Assembly: GCA_030141605.1 (NCBI GenBank)
Contig: JAQGDQ010000152.1
Coordinates: 1-64,000 of the forward strand
From: Tubiluchus corallicola
Lineage: Eukaryota; Animalia; Priapulida
DNA length: 64,000 bases
Direction: 5' to 3'
The position numbers and the translations under genes were made by a program. Positions 13,422 through 26,680 of this stretch are shown piece by piece (within the stretch, counting starts at the first letter, position 1; each line of letters opens with the position of its first letter). The notes under the pieces were generated by a model. It saw only the letters and a list, made by a program, of their open reading frames with translations. It made no database searches and was not told the origin of the DNA.

Positions 13422-14434
13422 CAAGGAGTCAGACAGCTCTGACAATCGCTATGTTTTGTTCCTTTGCTCATTATCAAGCATGACCATGGACACAGTATAA
13501 TAGGTATGTCGAAACTATTTTTTGTATCAGACTTAATGTTTATATTTAATGTAGTCATGTGGAAATTATTGCAATTTCTTTTCTTTTTACGAAAACGTAA
13601 AACTAAAACGTAGATCTATTATAATAAACCAGTATTTAATTAATTGGTCTTGGTTTCGATGTGAAAGTAAAAACCGAAACTTTTTACCTGTAATTCATGG
13701 TTGTCCAGTTTTTAATTTCATTGTTTGGGAAACGGTTAAAGGGTTAAGAAGCACAAGGCAACAAATTACGTATTTGGCAGGTTTATACGGTTATTTACCT
13801 AAACAGAAATATTGATACCATGACATCTGCATTATTTACAAATTTCAAGTTTACGTACAAGTGGCCAATGACACCATGTTTCGTGGTGTTACGCAAGTAA
13901 TTAAAAAATAGCATTTGATAACAACATCTAATTAGCTTAAGAGACTAATAAGTCAAATTTACAAATACAGTCAATCAGCCAATAAATTGACGAGCTGCTT
14001 TATCAAAAAAGGAAGAAACATTTTAAAACACCCACACAGTTTTGCTCACCATCAGGCGAGTAGTAATTTTAAACAGAAGTTTTGTTCTTTTTAATTTTGT
14101 TCAAAAGTTTTTCGTAATTACAGTAACATAAATAACTTGAACATCGCCTGCAAAAATGAAAATTTGAACAAAAAATTACTTTTTTGCAGTTTTTGGATAG
14201 CAAAGAGAGTCAAAATGGGTATGGTCGGGTGGAAGTATCATTCTTACGGCATCAAAAACTTCTTACCATGGGCGTTTCACTGGTAGAATCGTACCACGTT
14301 CAACCACTGGATGCTACCAAGCAGTGCTAACTATAAATTCTCCTGTAAGAACTGACAGTGGCGTTTATACACTTGTAGTGACAACAGACAAAGGAATCAC
14401 ACGCAAGTACGAGTTCCATGTTAGAGTGCAATAG
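13422..14434 (+). pseudogene. Second Ig-like domain on two exons (13422-13503, 14190-14434), disrupted
   Basis: TALTIAMFCS aligns with KLIIPAFCT of Ig1, and WVWSGG...AVLTINSPVRTDSGVYTL...Q* carries the DxGxY motif. In-frame TGA at 13481-13483 and a 1-nt frameshift in the aaaa run at ~14212-14215. Confidence 0.55.
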
Positions 14435-14616
14435 AAAAACCATGGTGTTTTGCTAAACAAGACATTTTTAAAACACATTCAATTGTAGTATTAATTCATT
14501 CATCATAAATTCATTATTTATCCAATTTCACTGTTCCGCATCACATTTTTTATAATTTAGAATTTAGCACCTTTTAACTGTTTTGAGACTAAATTTTTTT
14601 CATTTTTTTCATTTAG

Positions 14617-17600
14617 TGCGCTGTGTTTGGATAACGTGAACTCTTATGACTGCATCTGTGTGTCAGGTTTCATGGGCGTCACCTGCGAAGTAAACATTAA
14701 TGAGTGTGTTTCAAGTCCTTGTCTGAATAGAGCAAGGTGTATAGATGATGTGAATTCATACAGATGCATATGTGCTGCTGGTTATACTGCCATTTACTGT
14801 CAGACCAATATAGATGAATGTGCCTCAAGTCCATGTTCAAATAGTACATCATGTGTTGACAGTATAAATTCTTACCACTGCTTGTGTGTGCCTGGTTACA
14901 GTGGCGACAATTGTGAATTAAATACAGACAAATGTGATTCAAAACCTTGTTTAAATGGTGCAACATGCTTGGACAATAGACATTCATATTCTTGTATATG
15001 TGCTTTAGGTTATACAGGTTCAACTTGTAAGGATCCAATAAGTGTCTCTGAGTGTGGGCTGTGTTTTAATGGAGCAACCTGTGTGGGAAGTTTGCAGTCC
15101 TTCACATGTATATGTTTATCAGGTTATGCAGGTATAAACTGCGAAATAAATATAGATGAATGTAAATCTAAACCTTGTCTGAATGGTGCAATATGCACAG
15201 ACAGTATCAATTTATATGTTTGTAATTGTGCCACTGGATATACAGGCATCAATTGTGAAGAAACCATTGATTTTTGCAGCGATAACCGTTGCTTGAATGA
15301 TGCAACATGTACAAATTTTGTTAACTCTTTTATGTGTAGTTGTCAACTAGGTTATACAGGCACTTACTGTGAAACAAATGTAGATGATTGTGCATCTAAT
15401 CCTTGTTTAAAAGATGAAACTTGTGTGGATGGTATAAATTATTACAGTTGTAATTGTTTATTAGGTTATACGCACACCTGCTCTCAGACAAGGTGCTTAC
15501 CCGATCACTTGAATACTGCTGTTCTAGAGTATGGTTTGAGTTGCATATCTTCATCCTTGACGGTATGTGGAATCGAGCAAGCAAATGCTGATCTTCACTT
15601 GTTAGGAATTGATCCAGGAATTGGTCAAATTGATCGACCAGAGTGTTCCCAAACAGGCTATAGTCCTTTGCAATTTCATGATGCCCATGGTTTCACTTGG
15701 TGTGTCTTGCTATCTGGTCACGCAGTTCCTGGAACTAAAAGGCAAAAGGGAATTTTACCTTCTGATTGCAATGCTTTTATAAGGAGAAGGGGTATTTGTC
15801 CTAACATCACTGAAAATTTTCCTGACATTGATTGTTCTGCACCTGACCATCTACGTATGTCATGCAGCAGCGACAATGATTGTTTACCTGAACACAAGTG
15901 TTGCATAATCGGTGAATGTGGGAAGGTTTGCACTTCCATTGTGTTAAGCTCAAAAAAACTCGGACTTTGTCCAGTACCAGATTACTTTGGCAAAAGTGAA
16001 TGCCCAAATGCAGTATGCACTGCTGATGATGATTGCAATGGAGAGAAAAAATGTTGCAGGTTTTTCGCATGTGGGTATATCTGTGTGTCTCCAATTACAA
16101 TTGAGAGTAAACCAGGTAGATGCCATAATACAAGTAGATTTATGAATTTGGAGTGTCCTTCGAAATTTTGTAGTACCGATATGAACTGTCCCGATAAGGA
16201 AAAATGCTGTTATTTTGATGGGTGTGGAAAAGTGTGCTATGCGGCTATAATGAATGGAAATAAGCCTGGTCATTGTTATGAACCTAGCAAGTTTGACGAT
16301 GTTGAATGCCCAAGCCGATTTTGTGAGCTTGATAAGGATTGTCCAGCTAAAGAAAAATGTTGTCGGTTTCATACTTGTGGTAGTGTTTGCTCTTCTCCAA
16401 TATTGTCGGAGGAAAGGCCTGGGATTTGTTTTACAGATATTGGTTTTGGATATTCTTGTCCAAACCAGACCTGCTACAATGACACAGATTGCTCTTCTGA
16501 AGAGAAATGCTGCTTCTCTGCAGAATGTGGAACTATCTGTAGCAAATTGTTTTATCATGGTGTAAAGCCTGGTACTTGCCCTAACCGTGTGAATGATGTC
16601 GAGTGCCAATCAAAGCCTTGCATTGAAGATATTGATTGTCCTGGACTGCAAAAATGCTGTAGAACTATGTCTTGTGGTAATGTTTGCTTGATATCAGTAG
16701 TTACCAGTTTACAGGAATCTTGCAAATTTAGTGTAGAAAACTGTAAGAAGAAATGTATATTTGGATATATGAAAGATACTAAAACACTTTGCTCTACATG
16801 TGACTGTAAACCATCTCCATGTGACAATGTTATATGCCCGGGTTCACTGACATGCAAATTAACCAAAACGAAATGTGGGAGTCTCTTTTGTCCTTACCTG
16901 GCTAGCTGCATGGCAAATGTAAAGGAAGGAAAGTGTCCAAGATCAGACAAATTTCTTGAAATAAGCTGTCCAGCTCAGCTTTGTAGAACTGATGCAGGTT
17001 GTCCAGGAGAGGAAAAGTGCTGCTTTTTCCGTAATTGTAAGAGAGTCTGTGTTTCACCTGAACTGACCACTTGCCAAATTGAACAAGCAAATTTAATTTT
17101 GCACATGTTAGCAACACATGCTGAACTGCCAAGACTAGCCAAGTCAAAATGTCTGAATAATGGCTATTATAAACCACTACAGTTTGATGAAAATTTCAGC
17201 TATTCTTGGTGTGTTTCCTATAATGGCATTGCAATTCCTGGAACAAAACGGCAAGGTCGAGACTTGCCGTATGATTGTAATGTTGCAAGGAATAAAATTG
17301 GAGTTTGTCATAGTTCCAGTATGTTGAAAAGTAGCGAGTGTCCAACTCATTTTTGTAGCAGTGATAGTGAATGCCCAGGAGATAAGAGATGTTGCTATTT
17401 TGATGCATGTGGGAAGATTTGTTACACTCCATTACTAAACATGAACAAACCAGGCATTTGCCCTATTCTGCCTCCATACAACGAAAGTGAATGCCAAAAT
17501 TTGCCTCAATGTAGTAATGATGTTGATTGTCTAAAAGAACAAAAGTGTTGCTATTTTGTAATTTGTGGGCACATTTGCATTTCTCCCTTAAAATCTACTA

Positions 17601-20600
17601 AGAAACCAGGATCATGCTACAGATCTGATAAATTCGATGATAAAAGCTGCCCCCCTAGACTTTGTAGTTTTGATATCGACTGCCCCTTTGAAGAAAAATG
17701 TTGCTATTTTACACCGTGTGGAAAAGTATGCTATAAACCATTGATGTTGGGAATTAAACCAGGAATTTGCCATGATGAGAATTACTTTTACGGCAAAAAG
17801 TGTCCCACCAACATATGCACGATTGACACTGACTGCTATGAATTTGAAAAATGTTGCTACTTTAGTATGTGTGGAAACGTGTGCATGAAACCTTTATTAT
17901 CCATAAATAAACCTGGTATATGCTATAGATATGATGAGTTTGATTTCAGAAAGTGCCCGATTGCATCATGTAATAATGATATTCACTGTCCTGCAGAAGA
18001 GAAATGTTGCACTTTTAGAAGGTGTGGTAATGTTTGCTATAAACCAGTCACAGTTGGTGAAAAGCCGGGGATTTGTCCATCTGTTTTCAATGTCAGAGTA
18101 TGTCCTCCTCGGGTTTGTAAAAATGATCATAACTGTCTCGGAGAAAAAAGGTGTTGCCAAATTTTTCCTTGTGGCAAAGTGTGTGTCATTCCATTTAACA
18201 GGGCATGCAACTTTAGTATCTACAGTTGCCAAAAGGATTGCATCTATGGCTATGAGAATGACCCAGAAACTCTGTGCCCTACTTGTACATGCAAACCTTC
18301 TCCTTGTTTTAGTGTGAAATGTAGAAAATCACAGATATGTGATGTTGTCGACACTGATTGTGGTGCTTCTTTTTGCCCTAAACTTGCTAAGTGTAAGAGA
18401 GTGAAGAAAGCTGGAGTTTGTCCTTCTCCAACATTATTAAATAGCAGTTCTTGCCCTGTTCGTACTTGTTCTTCTGACAGGGAGTGTGCAGTTGTGGAAC
18501 AATGCTGCTACTTTGCAGCATGTGGTAGCACCTGTGTTATACCTGTATTAACACCCTGTCAAATAGAATATGCTAATGCTCGATTCATACCTTCTGCTTC
18601 AGTAATTCCTGAATGTTTGGATAACGGCGACTTTAAACCTATCCAAAAGTCGCATAAAACCGGGTATTCCTGGTGCGTTGACAAGAATGGTATTCCAATT
18701 CCGGGATCAAAACAGTCGCCAGAATCGTTGTACATTGTCTGTAAGTTCGGCCAAACCACAGATTCGCACAAATGTTCTATTAGTTTGGATAAATGCCCTG
18801 AAAAATGCATTCATGGTTATATAGTAGATAATAATACTCTTTGTCCAACTTGTGACTGTAAACCTTCTCCGTGCCAAGATGTAATATGTTTGGTTTCACA
18901 ACAATGTGAGTTGGTTGATGCTGATTGTGGCTTCAAATTTTGTCCTAAACTAGCCGAGTGTTCTAACTTTTTTAAACCGGGAGTGTGTCCAAGAAGAAGT
19001 GCAGCGTTTGATAGTAGCTTTTCCGGTCAGCCATGTGTTGATGATTTTGAATGCCCCGCAGAAGAGAGATGCTGTGAAAGAGTTTGTGTAACTCCAGTAC
19101 TCACTGCCTGTCAGATTGAACAAGCTAATTTCAAACTTATGAATTTAATATCAGATTTTGATAATGAAACTACAGATATTTTTCAGCCCAATTGCCATAA
19201 CAAGGGTTACTATAATCATGTTCAAATTAATAAAAGCCTAGGTGATTTCTGGTGTGTTGACAAGGACGGTTTTCCTGTACCAGGTTCAAAACAAAAGTTG
19301 GAATTATATGATCCACTTCTCATAAGTTGTCATTCATTAGGCAACTATGCAAAACTTTGTTATGAAGCTAATTATTTTGAAAAGGGCAAATGTCCTTCAA
19401 GATTGTGTAGCAATGACAGTGGTTGCTTAATATCTGAAATCTGCTGTCAATTTGATGCATGTGGAAAAGTTTGTTTTCCACCTCTATTGTCTCTTAATAA
19501 ACTTGGAATTTGTCCCGAGCCAGCTATGCTCTCTGAAAGTAATTGTCCCCCTCAGTCTTGCAGCAATGATATTTATTGTCACGGTTCACAAAAGTGCTGC
19601 CGGTTTGGTCACTGTGGAAGCGTGTGCGTCAATCCTTTTCCAGTTGTAAATAAACCAGGGTTATGTCATAATTCAAAAACATTTGACATGAGAATATGTC
19701 CAAGTGCTCACTGCAAGTATGATATAGACTGCCCGCTCCGGGACAAGTGTTGCCATTTTGAGGTCTGTGGCAAAGTCTGTTTTACTCCTATGTTTACTGG
19801 TGATAAAAAGGGCTTATGTCCCAATGATGATAAACACGAAAACAGGGAATGTCCTACTGAGTCCTGTGTTGTAGATGATGACTGTTCTGGAAACCAAAAG
19901 TGCTGTTTTTCTGAGCTATGTGGAAACATTTGCTCATTGCCTATATATTCTGAAAACAAGCCGGGTCTTTGTCCTACTCTTGCCACCAATTCAGCCAAAT
20001 GTCCGACTCAGGCTTGTGCTAATGACATAGAGTGTCCTCTGAAGCAGAAATGCTGTCAAGTTGCAGATTGCGGAATGGTTTGTTCTGAGCCATTGCTTAA
20101 TGTAAGCAAGTCAGGCACGTGCCCTGACAAAGTTGATATTACTGATTGTAATAATCGTAGCTGTAATGCTGATGTTGATTGTCCTGGTGCGCAAAAGTGC
20201 TGCACATCGATTTCTTGTGGAAAAGTATGTTCTATGGTGATTGGTATTAGACATCAGTTATGTGAAGTGTCTATTGAAGATTGTTCAGTTAAATGTGTGC
20301 ATGGTTATGTAATCGATAATCAAACACTTTGCCCCACTTGCAACTGCAAACCTTCTCCGTGCAATGCTATTAAATGCGGTGAAGGAGAGAAATGTGTTCT
20401 CGTCGATGTGGACTGCCCACAGTGATTTTTGTCCGAAACTGGCAAAGTGTTTAGTTGTGACAAAAGCTGGAAAATGTCCCCAAAATATGACCACAACTGG
20501 TTTGGCAAACCCTTGTGTAGTTGACAGTCAGTGTCCTGCAGAGGAGAAGTGTTGTCAGTTTGAGAAAGTTGAGGCTGTATGTGCAACCCCGATGTTGTCT

Positions 20601-23600
20601 GCTTGCCAAACCGAATTAACGATATTTAATTTCAAAATGCAAAATATAACTAAAGATTTATCAGAAATCTACCGACCACTCTGCCAGAAGAATGGAGACT
20701 ACAATCCTTTACAAACTCATAAAAATTTCTCTTGGTGTGTTACAGAAGATGGAGGTCCAGTACCTGGTACAAAAAGGTCGTCAGGTTTGTTACCATTTGA
20801 CTGTGCTGCTTTAGTGGAAAAACCTGGAATCTGTCATGGATTTGTAAATTACAGTAGTGTTGGCTGTCCTAAATATTCTTGTGCAACTGATGTCGATTGT
20901 CCAGCAGAAGAAAAATGCTGTGGTACTGAGCATTGTGGAAAAGTTTGCCACACATCTTTATTAAGTATTAACAAACCAGGAGTGTGCCAGCCTCCAGATT
21001 ATTTCGATGGAAAGAAGTGCCCACCTCAGCCATGCACAAATGATATTTATTGCAAAGATAGCAAGAAGTGTTGCCAGTTTTTTGCTTGTGGACAGGTTTG
21101 CTTTGACCCCATCACAGTTGTGAGCAAACCTGGTACTTGCCATGTGTTTAAAAAGTTGAAAGGTAAAGATTGTCCAAAGCAGCAATGCAGCAGTGACTTT
21201 GACTGTCCATCGTCTATGAAATGCTGCACTTTTGAGGGATGTGGACATGTCTGTTATACAGCCAGCATGGTCAGAAGCACACCAGGTATTTGTTCCAATA
21301 TCAAAACATTTGCGGAGTGTCCACTGCAGTTGTGCAAAAATGATTTTGATTGTTCAGCTGGAGAAAAGTGTTGTCATTCTGATGAATGTGGAAACGTTTG
21401 CTCTGTCCCCATACTGTCTTTAAACAATCCAGGTATCTGCCCAGATTTTAATGCATTTCATGCTAGTAGTTGTCCTTCACGAACTTGCCAAAACGACATC
21501 GACTGCAAATTTTCAGAGAAGTGCTGCCTATTTAATCGTTGTGGCACTGTTTGCTGCACTCCTATATTATCTGGTATAAAAGAAGGAGTTTGCCCCGTGA
21601 AAATTCCTAATGATGACTGTTTTGGCCAGCCATGCCAGAATGATGTTGATTGCTTTGGTAGGCAAAAATGCTGCAATATATTATCATGCGGGAAAATATG
21701 TGTACAACCAGCAAGATTTGGGCAGAACGAATGCCATTTTAAAGAAAAAGGCTGCCCAAAAAAGTGCATTTATGGATATCAAATTCACGACGAAACTCTG
21801 TGTCCTACTTGTGACTGTAATGATTCTCCTTGTAAAAGGATAAAATGTCATAGGTCACAGGTGTGTAGCGTTGTAGATTTGGATTGTGGTTATAATTATT
21901 GTCCAAAACTTCCAAAATGTTTTGATGCTCCAAGTAAACCTGGAACATGTCCAAACACCTATAGCCTCACCAGAAATGATTCTCTGCATCAGCCTTGTAA
22001 CAATGATAAAAGCTGCCAAGCAGAAGAAAAGTGCTGCTATTTTGAAAATTCTGGGTGGATTTGCATTACTCCTATATTAACGGCATGCCAAGTTGATCGA
22101 GCTAGTGCCCTTTACAAGTTGTCAAGTACCGGAAAAACAAATGAAATGTATATCCCACAGTGTGATAATAATGGCATGTATAGCCAAATTCAAATAGATG
22201 ACAATACTGGTTATTTCTGGTGCGTAACTTTAAAAGGAGAGCCAATTCCAGGGACAAAAAAGAGTCTAGTATCGTCTTCTCCTAACTGTGCTGCAATAAC
22301 AGGCAAAAATGGCTTTTGCTACAGTTTTCAAGATATTGATCTTACTAACTGTTCATACCAGTGTAACAACGATGGTGATTGTCCAGTGAATGATAAATGT
22401 TGTTGGAATGATGAATGTGGGAGTGTGTGTTCTAGTCCCCTACTGAATGTGAACAAACCTGGCATTTGTTTGGCTCCTCATTATTATGAAAAAACTGACT
22501 GTCCATTGCAGACCTGCATTAATGATATCGATTGTCCAAATTTGCAAAAATGTTGTAGATTCACAGAGTGTGAATGGGTTTGCTCGTCTCCTTTAATAAT
22601 AACTGCAAACAAACCTGGTATATGCTACAATGTAAAGAATGTGGATATTGTAATATGCCCACCTCAGTCTTGTAGCAGTGATACTGAGTGCCCACAAAAA
22701 GAAAAATGCTGTTGGCTCAAACACTGTGGCTTTGTTTGCTTAGACCCCATACCAAATGATCCTAAACCAGGAATTTGTCACAATTTTGAAAAACTTAGAG
22801 ACAGTGAATGTCCAAGCAAATTTTGCAAAGTTGACAGTGATTGCCCAGATGACGAAAAGTGTTGTTCCTTTATTGGCTGCGGGAATGTCTGTTTCAAGGC
22901 AGTTCTCTCAGTCAACAAGCGAGGAATTTGTCCTCAGTCATTAAAATATAAAAAATCGTCTTATCCATCTCAGTTTTGTTACAATGACATTGAATGTCCA
23001 TTGGAGGAGAAGTGCTGCAATATTGGTGATTGTGGGACTGTCTGTGTGATGCCTATTGTATCGATAGTAAAGTCAGGACTTTGTCCAAACTCATCTGGCA
23101 ATAGAAGTTGTTCAAATAATTCTTGTAGCAATGATGTAGATTGCCCTGACAAACAGAAATGTTGTCATTTTGATTTTTGTGGTACGGTATGTACTGACCC
23201 TGAATATAATACTTCATTTACCTGTGATGTTAACCTAGATGACTGTCCACTTTCATGTATTTATGGGTACGCTGTGAACAATATTACTCTTTGTGCAACC
23301 TGCCAATGTAAGCCTTCGCCATGTGAAGGAATCAAATGTCCTCCATCAGAAGAATGTAGGACAATTGACTTTCCAGAGTGTGGAATGGCTTTTTGTCCAA
23401 AGCTTGGAAAGTGCATGCCTACCACCATGCAAGTGATAGATACGAAGAACTTATTAGAAATTAAAGGAATTTGTCAAGATTTTAGAGCATTTGAAGGCAA
23501 GCTGTGTCCCAGAAATAAATGTGATAAAGACATTGATTGTGGACCTGCAAGAAAATGTTGTAACTTTAGCTCATGTGGGATGGTATGCCAGGTTACTGTG

Positions 23601-26480
23601 TTAACAGCGTGTTTAATAGAACAATCAAATGTTGATCTGAAATTACAATACCAAGATCAGTTTACTGCCAGTGTTTATCGACCTCAATGTTCCAGTACTG
23701 GTTATTATAATGCAATGCAGTTTTACCAAGGCTACTCTTGGTGTGTGACAGCAGAGGGTCATCCAATTCCAGGAACCAAGCAGCTAGCAGACTCACCGCC
23801 CTTTGATTGTGAAGCAACAAGAAGCAAAGCTGGGGTTTGTTATAATTCTGATACATTTACTCAACGAGATGGATGTCCAGTACAGTCATGCCAGACAGAC
23901 AGTGATTGTTTGGGAGACCAAAAGTGCTGTTATTTTGATGTATGTGGCAATGTTTGTTTTACTCCTTTACTAAATATTAATAAACCTGGACTGTGTCACC
24001 ATCCAGGATACTTTAGTGCGGCACAGTGCCCATCTCTGTCATGCAGAAATGATATCAATTGTCCATCAAACCAGAAATGTTGTCATTTTGTTGCATGTGG
24101 TAGTGTCTGTTCTACTCCAGTGTTAAGTTTGAATAATTTTGTTGTGTGCAATGATTCTGAGCTATGTGAAATCAAGAAATCTGTAGGAAAGTCTTGTGTT
24201 TCACATGCTGAATGCTTTGGTGAGCAAAAGTGTTGTGATATTCAAATATGTGCAACAACGTGCAATAAAGCTGCACTTAATGTGAGTGAGCACAAAGGTT
24301 GTGATAAATCTAGTACAAATCTAAAGTGTTTTGGTGACAAATGTGATGCTGACGAGGAATGTCCAAAAGAGAAAAGATGCTGTAGTTTCAAAACTTGCAG
24401 TTCTAATTGCCCTACTCCAATGTTATCACTAAATAAAGAAGGAATTTGTCCTGCTTTTTTACACCCAGAAGAGAAGTTTTGTCCTAATAAATCATGCTAT
24501 AACGACATTAACTGTCCTGCAGATAAAAAATGTTGTTATTTGGACACATGTGGCACTGTATGCTATAGCCCATTGATGTTTGAACTAAAGCCTGGCATAT
24601 GTATTGACAAAATTGGCTTAAGAAAGTGTCCTTTTCATAAATGTGTCAAAGATTCAGATTGTCAAGGATCAGAAAAATGTTGTCCGTCTGCTCGATGTGG
24701 TAATGTGTGCTCAATTCCAATACTTGCGGGCTTGCAGTTATGTACTTACAATATAAAAGAGTGTAGTCTAATGTGTGACTTCGGATATGCAGTTGACGCT
24801 GAGACCCTTTGTCCTATTTGTAAGTGTAAACATTCTCCATGTGAAGGTGTCGTCTGTCCTGGTTCGCAGGTTTGCAATACAGTTATTGTAAAGTGTGGAG
24901 GCATTTCTTGTCCTGTGCTTGTAAGATGCGAAGACATTCAAAGAAACAAAGTAGGCAACTGTCCTGATTCAAATAAGCTGACATTGAGTGAGTGCCCCAG
25001 GTTATCATGTAACACTGATGTGGAATGTCCTGCAGAAGAAAAATGCTGTTCATCTAAATCATGTGGCCGAATTTGTTCCACACCAATATTTACCAAGTGC
25101 CAGGTTGAGCAGGCAAATAGTGACCACTTATTGTTACAGTCACACCTACTAGATTACGTTCATCGACCGAAGTGTCTAAGCAATGGAGAATATAGTCCGT
25201 TCCAGTTTCATAATAGAGGTGGTTATGCTTGGTGTGTTACGAAACAGGGTTATCCTATTCCCGGAACAAAACTGTCCACAGACTTTTTACAACGAACAAT
25301 GTGTATAGAAGCTAGACGGAGTAATCGAATATGCCGGAATTCTATAGAATATTATTTTGATGAGTGTCAAGAACATTTTTGCAGCCATGATAATGACTGC
25401 AATGAAACAGAACTGTGCTGCGAGAGTTTACGTTGCGGGAAGGTTTGCTCCATTCCTTTGCTCACTGGTCAAAGTTTATGCGACTTTGATGAAACAAACT
25501 GCCCCACGAAATGTATTTTTGGTTATTCAGTAGAGAGGACTACTCTTTGTCCTACTTGTAAATGCAAACCGTCTCCATGTAAAATAATAAAGTGTCTGCC
25601 GTCACAGCAGTGTAAAGCCATCGATGTACAATGTGGATCTGGAGTGTGTCCAAAACTTGCGAAATGTTTTTTTGAGAAAGTAAGAAAGGTTGGAAGTTGC
25701 CCTAGTGAAGAAACGTTTACTGTTAAACAATGTCCTAAACATTTCTGTGACAATGATGGAGATTGCGTAGCAGAGAAAAAATGTTGTCATTTTATAAACT
25801 GTGGTTCTGTTTGCTCTGCTCCGCATTTAACTGCCTGCCAAGTGGAACAAGCAAACTTCGACATGCTGTCAGGAACAGAGACACGAATTATGTCTGAAGA
25901 ACTATACCGGCCACAGTGTTTGAGTAATGGTGATTATCAGTCAGTGCAAATTAACTTACATAGTAAGCGATTGTGGTGCGTTACAAGCAAAGGGGAGAAA
26001 ATTCCAGGTACAATGCAAACATCAGGTTCACCCTTCATTGGATGCTCCGTTGCTAGAGATGTTAACTGTAGCGTAAGCAGCGAATGTGAAGTCGAGTGCC
26101 TGCATGGGTATGAGAGTCATGCTGAAACTCTTTGCCCCATCTGTAAATGCAAAGCTTCTCCATGCGAACGTGTTGTTTGTCCAAAAAACAACCAAATGTG
26201 TATGCTAACAAGTGCAGATTGTGGTGCACAGGTAAAGAATTGTCCAAAACTTATCAAATGTGTTTCTTTAGAAGATATAGAAGCTTTTGCTGGTGGTGAT
26301 ACTGGAAAGGGCACCGTAGAAGAGGAAGCTCCGTCTTTCAAAAAACTTGTATGGATTTATATCGCTATAATTACTTGCTGCTTTGGAATTTTTTGCATTT
26401 TACAGAAAAAATGTATTAAGAGACGTCGCGGTACTCAAGATTTTGATTGGCTTTTTTCTGCTTATGAGACAAATATGTGA
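14617..26480 (+). CDS. Giant single exon (~3,950 aa): EGF repeats, 9x [thyroglobulin-1, WAPs, antistasin-like, Cys-rich module], TM and short tail; putative membrane-anchored multi-protease-inhibitor or matrix protein
   Basis: ORFs 14627-20425 and 20364-26480 join if one C of 20416-20418 is removed, restoring DCHSDFCPKLAKC (paralogous DCGASFCPKLAKC). Acceptor tttttcatttag at 14616, and no in-frame ATG back to the upstream stop. WAP motif KPGxC..CP..C..DxDC...KCC...CG..C; TY motif WCV..G..IPGT; TM LVWIYIAIITCCFGIFCIL then KKCIKRRR. Confidence 0.9.
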
Positions 26481-26660
26481 AAGCTGCGAGTTTGCTTAAT
26501 ATTCAAAATTATGTAGACTTATCAAGTCCAAATTATATTATTTATTTTAAGCAACCATAATTTAATAGATTACAGGGGATTACAAGTCACATCTTTCATA
26601 TTAGAATCGTGTGTCATGTATATAGTGAAAAATGAAATAATCTGTATAGCTATTGAAACT

Positions 26661-26680
26661 AATAAATTTCTGGTAATAAA
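26661..26680 (+). promoter_or_regulatory. Polyadenylation signals (AATAAA x2)
   Basis: AATAAA at 26661 and 26675, ~180 nt after the stop of the giant exon. Confidence 0.5.

Noticed and set aside
14697-26341. Many antisense and alternate-frame ORFs inside the giant exon
   Set aside because: They are shadows of a long Cys-rich coding frame with no independent motifs.
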